From an uncultured delta proteobacterium (GTDB lineage: Bacteria; Desulfobacterota; Desulfobacteria; Desulfobacterales; SG8-13): a stretch of 64,000 nucleotides of DNA. The stretch is from assembly GCA_963848135.1 (NCBI GenBank), contig CAWKCK010000002.1, forward strand, positions 186,001-250,000, given 5' to 3'. Below the pieces are notes generated by a model. That model did not search any database. It had not been told where the DNA came from and saw only the letters and a program-made list of their open reading frames with translations. Each line of letters starts with the position of its first letter. The first letter of the stretch is position 1. Made by a program: the position numbers and the translations under genes. Below, in pieces: positions 57,226 through 64,000 of this stretch.

Positions 57226-59133
57226 TTAGACAGCATCATGCCTGTAAGGTTGATAATCCGGGACGATCTTCTTGAACACTGCCTTAATTTTTTCGATATC
57301 CTGGTCTGCGGAAAACTGCACCAATTCATCAATCTCAGAGTTTAACTGCGCCAAATTGCACACTTCTCCCCGCAGAGTCATAATTTTCTCGTGGCTCGTA
57401 CCGACAACCCCCTCCCCGTCCGTAATAAGTTCCTCGTATAATTTTTCACCGGGGCGCAAGCCGATGTATTCGATTTTGATATCGACATCAGGTTCAAATC
57501 CCGAAAGGCGGATCAGATCACGGGCCATGTCGGCGATTTTAACGGGTTGCCCCATGTCCAGAACAAAAACCTCTACCTGATCATTACACAACGCACCGGC
57601 CTGCAGTATGAGCTGACAAGCTTCAGGAATGGTCATGAAATAACGCGTGACATCCGGATGGGTAACCGTAACTGGGCCCCCGATTTCAATTTGTTTTTTG
57701 AAAAGTGGTACAACACTGCCGACACTGCCAACCACGTTGCCAAAACGAACAATGGCAAATTTAGTTTTGGCTACTTGAGCATGATCCTGGCATTGAATCA
57801 ACATTTCCGCTACCCGCTTGCTGGCCCCCATGACGTTGGTAGGTCGAACGGCCTTATCCGTTGAAACAAAAACGAAACGGTCAATGTCGAAAGTATTTAT
57901 GACCTTCAAAAGGTTTGCCGTACCGACAATGTTGTTTTCAAGCGCTTTCCAGGGCTGCAGTTCCAGCATGGGTACATGTTTGTATGCGGCCGCATGAAAT
58001 ACTGTTTGGGGGCGATGAATTTCAAATGTTTTTCGAAGTTGTGCTGGGTCCTGAATGTCCCCGAGGATCGGAACGACAGGCACATCGCCAAAGCTTCGTT
58101 TGAGTTCGAGTTCGATTTCAAAAAGCGGGCTTTCTGCGCGCTCATAGAGAAGGATTTTCCCAGGTTTGAAGCGACAAATCTGGCGACAGAGTTCCGAGCC
58201 GATCGACCCGCCTGCCCCGGTAACCAAAACACTATTGCCCTCGATGAAAGCGCCGATCCCCTTTTCGTCCAACTTGACGATCTCTCGGCCCAACAAGTCA
58301 CGATAGGCCACGTCACGAATGGCTTTAACAGACACCTTTCCGTTTATCAACTCCCCGTAACCCGGTACGGTCTTGAACGGGATCTCGCTGGTTTTGCAAT
58401 GTTCGACAATGACGCGCATCTGTTCACCAGTAGCTGAAGGAATAGCGATCAGCGCTTCATTAGCTTTTACTTTATCAATAGCAGGCGATATTTCGCTTAT
58501 CTTTCCAAGGACGGGTATGCCATGAATCTTTCGACCGATTTTATTGCGATTGTCATCCAGAAAACCGACAATGCGGTATGGGAGGGCTGAATTGTTATGA
58601 ATTTCGCGAAATATCTTTTCACCGCAGTCCCCGGCGCCGATGATCAAGAGGTTCCTGGCATTTTTACGGCGCTTTCTGATTAACGCGGAAAACGACGGAC
58701 GTGCTTTCTCAATTTTACTCTCGCGTGTATAGCTTTCGAAAAACAGCCGGATGGCCAATCGAAAACCGGCGATAAAAAGAATCGTTAAAAACCAGTCAAT
58801 CAAAAACACGGACCGGGAATAGCCGATAAACCGTGTTTTAAAAGCAATTAAAGCGGCCAACACCAAGGAACTCAGGGTCGCTGCCTTGATAATGTTCACC
58901 AGATCGGAAACACTTGTGTATCGCCACATGCCGCGATATAAATCAAAAAAATAGAAACAGGCTATTTTAATCAAAAGGGCATATGGCAACATCCCCACAA
59001 ATGATTCGATGAAATAGGAAGGGATGCGAAACTCGAAACGAATGAGAAAGGCGGTATAAAGAGCTGCGGACAAAAAAAGCACGTCGGCGAGAAATATGAT
59101 GAGAAAATTGTTATTGATGATCTTAAATTTCAT
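57226..59133 (-). CDS. UDP-GlcNAc 4,6-dehydratase (CapD/WbpM/PglF family)
   Basis: 4 N-terminal TM helices, GAGGSIGSEL, HAAAYKHVP, STDKAV, RFGNV, GLRPGEKLYEEL. Confidence 0.93.
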   Translation of the reverse strand: MKFKIINNNFLIIFLADVLFLSAALYTAFLIRFEFRIPSYFIESFVGMLPYALLIKIACFYFFDLYRGMWRYTSVSDLVNIIKAATLSSLVLAALIAFKTRFIGYSRSVFLIDWFLTILFIAGFRLAIRLFFESYTRESKIEKARPSFSALIRKRRKNARNLLIIGAGDCGEKIFREIHNNSALPYRIVGFLDDNRNKIGRKIHGIPVLGKISEISPAIDKVKANEALIAIPSATGEQMRVIVEHCKTSEIPFKTVPGYGELINGKVSVKAIRDVAYRDLLGREIVKLDEKGIGAFIEGNSVLVTGAGGSIGSELCRQICRFKPGKILLYERAESPLFEIELELKRSFGDVPVVPILGDIQDPAQLRKTFEIHRPQTVFHAAAYKHVPMLELQPWKALENNIVGTANLLKVINTFDIDRFVFVSTDKAVRPTNVMGASKRVAEMLIQCQDHAQVAKTKFAIVRFGNVVGSVGSVVPLFKKQIEIGGPVTVTHPDVTRYFMTIPEACQLILQAGALCNDQVEVFVLDMGQPVKIADMARDLIRLSGFEPDVDIKIEYIGLRPGEKLYEELITDGEGVVGTSHEKIMTLRGEVCNLAQLNSEIDELVQFSADQDIEKIKAVFKKIVPDYQPYRHDAV

Positions 59134-59134
59134 T

Positions 59135-59695
59135 TTAATGCGTGACACCTGTGCCGCGGAAAACACTGTAAAAAGTATTAAACAAAATGTTCAGGTCAAA
59201 TTTAAACGATTTATGCTGCCGGTAATAATCATCGAGATCGACTTTTTGGGGAATCGGCAGGTCATCCCTGCCGTTTATCTGGGCCCAACCCGTGATTCCG
59301 GGAACAAGCTTGTGGATGTCTCTCTTTGTCCGTAATTCGACCAGATCATCCTGGTTATACAGAGCCGGCCGCGGCCCGACAAAACTCATGTCACCCTTGA
59401 GTACACTAATAATCTGCGGCAGTTCATCCAGACTATACTTTCTGAGTTTTTTTCCGATCGCAGTAAGGTATTGATCCGGTGATAACAAGAGGTGTGTGGC
59501 CACTGCCGGCGTGTTGATTTGCATCGTCCTGAACTTCGGCATCCTGAAAAGGGTGTTGTTTCGGCCAACACGATCAGACCAGTAAAGAACAGGTCCTGTC
59601 GATGAATTCTTAACAACAAGGGCGAGAATCAATATCGGAATGGCAAGAACTGAACTTGATACCACCGCCAGCAATATATCGAAAGTTCGTTTCAT
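59135..59695 (-). CDS. initiating polyprenyl-phosphate sugar transferase (PglC/WcaJ-type)
   Basis: KRTFD, KFRTM, SLDELPQ, GDMSFVGPRP, PGITGWAQING. Confidence 0.93.
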   Translation of the reverse strand: MKRTFDILLAVVSSSVLAIPILILALVVKNSSTGPVLYWSDRVGRNNTLFRMPKFRTMQINTPAVATHLLLSPDQYLTAIGKKLRKYSLDELPQIISVLKGDMSFVGPRPALYNQDDLVELRTKRDIHKLVPGITGWAQINGRDDLPIPQKVDLDDYYRQHKSFKFDLNILFNTFYSVFRGTGVTH

Positions 59696-59752
59696 CGTCA
59701 GTAAGAAGTATCATGCGGTGTTTTCCGCGATCTGATCGCCTGATTATGAATC

Positions 59753-60706
59753 TTATTTGCTTACACTTTTATACCAAGCAATCGTTTCTTTTAGACCATA
59801 TTCAATCTTAAACGGAGGTTCCCAGTTCAATTCCTGCCTGATTTTGGTGTCGTCAACGGTCAAAGATTCGATCAACCGATCCGCATCTCTCTCTCTGCCT
59901 GCCAGGCGAGTAATTGCACGCAATAATTTGGGAGATATTTTAAAGAGTCGCGCTGGCTTTCCAAGTGCTGAGGCGATCATCCTGATCAATTCCGGTGTGG
60001 CAACATCAACGCCGTCGCGGACCAGATAGGTCTTTGACGTCGTTTCGGTATGGCGAATACATCGAACAATGGCATCTGCAAGGTTCCCGACATAAATCAG
60101 GCTTCTTTGATTATCAACTGACCCCAGTGGTAATGGCATGCCTCGATCAACCAGTCGGATCAATTTTAAAAAGTTGGCCTTAACATTCGGCCCGTAGACC
60201 AATGGCGGTCTGAGGATGAAAACCGACATTCCCGTTCCGTCGGCGATTTCCGCCAATACCTGCTCGGCCTCCATTTTGCTGATGCCGTAGGCATCCTTCG
60301 GTGACGGCTCGTCCGATTCGGTGTAGGCGATCGGGCTTGCCTCTCCGTTCACCTTGACGCTGCTCAAAAATATAAACCGTTTGACACCGGATTCGGCCGC
60401 TTGCCGGGCCAGATTTGCTGTCCCGTGCAGGTTGACCTGGCGATATATCGCCAGAGGGTCTATTGCTGTTTCATTGACGACGTGGGTTCTGGCGGCGGTA
60501 TGGACAACGGCGTCGGCCCCCTTTAAAGCGGCCTCCCAGCTGGTTTTGACGTCTATGTCGCCGATTTCGAAAAGCGAAACCCGTGACAAATGATTCTTGT
60601 TATTATAGTTACGGCATGTACCCACAACAGAGAAACCTTCATTTAGGATTCTATGGCATACGGCTGTACCAATAAAACCTGTAATTCCAGTAACACATAT
60701 CTTCAT
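59753..60706 (-). CDS. NAD-dependent epimerase/reductase (WbpV-like)
   Basis: TGITGFIG, SSVKVNGE, YGISK, RPPLVYGP.VKANF. Confidence 0.88.
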   Translation of the reverse strand: MKICVTGITGFIGTAVCHRILNEGFSVVGTCRNYNNKNHLSRVSLFEIGDIDVKTSWEAALKGADAVVHTAARTHVVNETAIDPLAIYRQVNLHGTANLARQAAESGVKRFIFLSSVKVNGEASPIAYTESDEPSPKDAYGISKMEAEQVLAEIADGTGMSVFILRPPLVYGPNVKANFLKLIRLVDRGMPLPLGSVDNQRSLIYVGNLADAIVRCIRHTETTSKTYLVRDGVDVATPELIRMIASALGKPARLFKISPKLLRAITRLAGRERDADRLIESLTVDDTKIRQELNWEPPFKIEYGLKETIAWYKSVSK

Positions 60707-61833
60707 GAATTTTGAGGTATAACCGTTCGATAAAAAGAGATAGTATCCTCTATTGATTTTTCCAGAGTAAAACCCTCTTCAACCATTTCCCGCCCATTGA
60801 GCCCCATGCGTTTTCTTTCTGCCGGATGAGTCAATAGATACGATATAGCAACTGAAAGTGCAATTGCGTCGCGAGGGGGTATCAGAAGCCCATTCACACC
60901 GTGTTTAACAATGTCATGGCAGCCAACCGTATCTGTTGTGATGACAGCGCGGCAAGAAGCAGCCGCTTCAAGAAGTACTTTCGGTAAACCCTCTCGGTAG
61001 GATGGAAGACATACGATTTGGGATTGGGAATAAATCTCTGGCATATCCCTGTGAAAACCCCACCATTCCACCCACCCGTCATCTACCCACTTGTTAATGA
61101 TGGAACTATCGATAGAACTCGGGTTTTCCGGGTCAGGTGCACCCACAAGGGCAAACCGTGCTATTTTACGATCGTTATTCACCATTTTCGCTGCCTCGAC
61201 GAATTCAAAAACGCCTTTATCTCTCAACATCCTTGAGGGAAGTAAAACAACCGGTAGTCCAGGTGGTGCCGGTTCTGAATCGAATAAACTTAGATTGACA
61301 CCACTGCCTCGAATAAGAATGGCCTGTTTTTTGTTAATCACCCGGTGTTTCAAAAATAAGTTCAGATCGTGGTCGTTCTGAAAAATCAAGCGGACATTTT
61401 GGGGCCTGAATAGGATCCTAAGAAACAACAAGATCACTCTCTGTAATGCAAAATTCTTTGATGTATCCGATATGAATAAAGATCCCATACCAGCAAAGGC
61501 ATTAACAATAATTTTGATGCCCACAAACCTGGCCGCAATTGTCCCGAAAATAATGGGTTTTAATGCCACCTGGTGTATAATCTGAGGTGATTCTTTTTTG
61601 AAAATTCGTATGCATTCCAAAATACTTAGCAGTTCTGACAATGGCGATTGCAGGCGTCGTCTGAATCTCCTCAGAGAAACAAGACGGATGCCTTCCTTTT
61701 TAATTTCTTTCTCACATCGGCCTACACGCGTGATCAATGTAACCCGACCACCTCTTTTTATGATTTCACGGGCAATAGGCAGCCGATGAGAGCAGAAGTA
61801 CCAGTCCTCGGATATGAAAAAGGCAATGTTCAT
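60703..61833 (-). CDS. glycosyltransferase family 4 (CapM-like)
   Basis: SHRLP, GSGV, RMLRDKGV, LPSYREGLPKVLLEA. Confidence 0.92.
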   Translation of the reverse strand: MNIAFFISEDWYFCSHRLPIAREIIKRGGRVTLITRVGRCEKEIKKEGIRLVSLRRFRRRLQSPLSELLSILECIRIFKKESPQIIHQVALKPIIFGTIAARFVGIKIIVNAFAGMGSLFISDTSKNFALQRVILLFLRILFRPQNVRLIFQNDHDLNLFLKHRVINKKQAILIRGSGVNLSLFDSEPAPPGLPVVLLPSRMLRDKGVFEFVEAAKMVNNDRKIARFALVGAPDPENPSSIDSSIINKWVDDGWVEWWGFHRDMPEIYSQSQIVCLPSYREGLPKVLLEAAASCRAVITTDTVGCHDIVKHGVNGLLIPPRDAIALSVAISYLLTHPAERKRMGLNGREMVEEGFTLEKSIEDTISFYRTVIPQNS

Positions 61834-61899
61834 TTTACCGTGTTCATTGATGACCGAGTCAATAAAGATGCTTTATAAATAAGGATTATAGATTTAAGT

Positions 61900-63864
61900 T
61901 CAGTGCCACTTTTCCCACCAGGCTTGGAAGGTCAGAATGTCCCATAGCAGGTACTGCCAATTGCCTCGACCTGAGATGTGTTCTTCCCATTTATGGCGTA
62001 TAGGTCCAGGATCGAAGAACCCCTCTTGCTGCAGCCTTGTTTTATCCAATAGCGCTTCGGCCCAATCGCGCAGGGGCCCCCGCAGCCAATCATCGATCGG
62101 TACGCCGAAACCCATCTTCGGACGATCGATAAGTTGACGCGGCACATATTGATACAGCACCTGACGCAGCAGCCACTTGCCCTCGCCGTTGCGAATCTTG
62201 AGGTTCATAGGTAACCGCCAGGCGAACTCCACCACGCGATGATCGATCAGCGGCACACGGGCCTCCAGGCTCACCCCCATACTGGCGCGGTCCACTTTGG
62301 TGAGAATATCGTCCGGCATATAGCTCACCAGGTCCGTGTACATCATACGCTCGGTGTAGTCGGCCTGAGTGGCACGGCGGGTCGGATCCGTCAGCGCCGT
62401 TGGGGGTTCAAATGCATCCAACACAACATCCGCAGGGTTGGGCCAATGCGAAACAATCTGCCGATAAAGCTCATCCGGCGAAGGCATGCAAAGCACTTCC
62501 GCCAAACGCTGCACCTTGTAGCCCGGCATCCGCACCCGAAAGCGGGTCGGCAATATCGGCATCAACATTTCCAATACCCTGTCCCAGAATTCTGACGGCG
62601 CCATGCGCAGCCCGTTTGCCACTCTTGCGCGCAGCTGGACGGGTATCCAGCCCAGGCTATCCCATAACCTCCGCCCCCAGAAATAGCGGTTGTATCCGGA
62701 GAACAACTCGTCACCACCATCGCCGGACAAACTCACCGTCACATGTTTTCGGGCAAGCTTTGAAACGAGAAAAGTGGGAATTTGGGATGAGTCCGCGAAA
62801 GGCTCATCGTACAGACACGGCAATTCGGGTATGACGTTAAGCGTCTGCTGCGGTGTTACGTAAAGCTCGACATGATCCGTGCCCAAGTGTCTCGCCACGG
62901 CTTTGGCATACTTTCCTTCATCGTATTTTGATTCGTTAAAGCCGATGGAAAAAGTCTTTACAGGCCGATCGGACTGTGCCTGCATGAGAGCGACCACTGT
63001 GGAGGAATCGACACCGCCGGAGAGAAAAGCGCCCAACGGGACGTCTGCCACCATGCGCATACCGATAGCGCTGCGGAGTAATGCATCAAGCTGCCGAACG
63101 GCATCGGCCTCACTACCGTCGTAACGGTGGTCCGCAGCCTGTTCCGTAATTTCACGCGCAGACCAGTAAGTCACGGTGCGCCGGTCCAAATCCTCCAGCG
63201 ACCTCTGTACAAATGCCGTATCCGCATCGAGCTGCAATATCACTCCAGGCATTAACTTATAAATGCCCTCATAAATCGAATACGGTGCGGGTATATAGTT
63301 ATGCCGTAACAGCAAGGCCAGGGCGTTTCTGTTCACGGGATTGTCGAAGCCGGGGTATTCACGCAGTGCCTTGAGTTCAGAACCGAACACCAGCGCACCG
63401 GACACCCAACCATAGAAGAGCGGTTTAATACCCAGTCGGTCCCGCACCAACGAGAGTAAGCGCGTTTCGCGGTCCCACAAGGCAAAGGCAAACATGCCGA
63501 TAAACCGCTTGACAGACGCTTTCAGTCCCCAGGCCTCAATCGCGGCAAGCATCACTTCGGTGTCGGAATACCCCCGAAAACGAAAGCCGGCCGATTCCAG
63601 GTCGCGGCGCAGTTCGGAAAAATTATAAACTTCACCGTTGAACACGATCACATACCGGCCGGAGACCGAGGCCATCGGTTGATGACCTTCGGGCGAGAGA
63701 TCGAGGATGGAAAGCCGACGGTGCCCGAGAGCAAGCCCGGCATCGGGATCGTGCCAGAATCCGGCATCATCGGGACCGCGGTGAGTGACGGCATTCGTCA
63801 TAGAGGACAGAATTTCTTCCCCATATACACCATGTTTACACCAGTAACCTGCAATTCCACACAT
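61900..63864 (-). CDS. asnB: asparagine synthase (glutamine-hydrolysing)-type amidotransferase, glycan associated
   Basis: N-terminal MCGIAG, HRGPD, FNGE, LSGGVDSS, SGDGGDE, DRASM..SLEARVP. Confidence 0.93.
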   Translation of the reverse strand: MCGIAGYWCKHGVYGEEILSSMTNAVTHRGPDDAGFWHDPDAGLALGHRRLSILDLSPEGHQPMASVSGRYVIVFNGEVYNFSELRRDLESAGFRFRGYSDTEVMLAAIEAWGLKASVKRFIGMFAFALWDRETRLLSLVRDRLGIKPLFYGWVSGALVFGSELKALREYPGFDNPVNRNALALLLRHNYIPAPYSIYEGIYKLMPGVILQLDADTAFVQRSLEDLDRRTVTYWSAREITEQAADHRYDGSEADAVRQLDALLRSAIGMRMVADVPLGAFLSGGVDSSTVVALMQAQSDRPVKTFSIGFNESKYDEGKYAKAVARHLGTDHVELYVTPQQTLNVIPELPCLYDEPFADSSQIPTFLVSKLARKHVTVSLSGDGGDELFSGYNRYFWGRRLWDSLGWIPVQLRARVANGLRMAPSEFWDRVLEMLMPILPTRFRVRMPGYKVQRLAEVLCMPSPDELYRQIVSHWPNPADVVLDAFEPPTALTDPTRRATQADYTERMMYTDLVSYMPDDILTKVDRASMGVSLEARVPLIDHRVVEFAWRLPMNLKIRNGEGKWLLRQVLYQYVPRQLIDRPKMGFGVPIDDWLRGPLRDWAEALLDKTRLQQEGFFDPGPIRHKWEEHISGRGNWQYLLWDILTFQAWWEKWH

Positions 63865-64000
63865 GATTGGATTTGTCAGTTCTCAGAATTAGGTACAAGA
63901 AGGATCGGCGGGGTCGAAACAAAGTAATGGAAACGAGGGCATACAGGGATCGTCCGTCGATGGCACTTGCTCATAGACACAAGTGTCAAGGCCAAATTCT

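Noticed and set aside
1..64000. CRISPR arrays, tRNA/rRNA, prophage, defence systems, intact transposases
   Set aside because: No regularly spaced direct repeats or characteristic genes or motifs were seen.

Overview
Bacterial chromosomal window. The gene set (acs/prpE, EF-G2, a stand-alone GlmU-like protein, xseAB-dxs-tlyA) suggests a Desulfobacterales-like deltaproteobacterium, which is an inference only. 1.3-14.8 kb is an acetate/propionate uptake and activation cluster: TetR, acs, an Na+:solute symporter plus an unannotated 28-aa peptide, prpE, a receiver protein, a PAS/pseudo-kinase/DEDDh exonuclease fusion and a CrbS-like SLC5 histidine kinase. 15-25.6 kb is housekeeping: an SplB-like radical SAM enzyme, a thermonuclease, an EF-G paralog, tlyA, dxs, a decayed ispA relic, xseAB and yccA. 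26-64 kb is a large, partly AT-rich surface-glycan region (asnB, GT4, epimerase, initiating transferase, capD/wbpM, glmU-like, glmM, gmd, wzm/wzt, GT9, GT2s, methyltransferases) interleaved with secreted proteins. The most striking pattern is that five unrelated signal-peptide proteins end in the same short Pro/Leu-rich tail (P..LLL(L)-D/E/N). A tail-less tandem paralog of one of them, a LamG-VanZ membrane protein and an STN-repeat protein lie in the same region. Together these are a candidate undescribed C-terminal protein-sorting/glycosylation system. No CRISPR array, rRNA, tRNA or intact transposase was seen.
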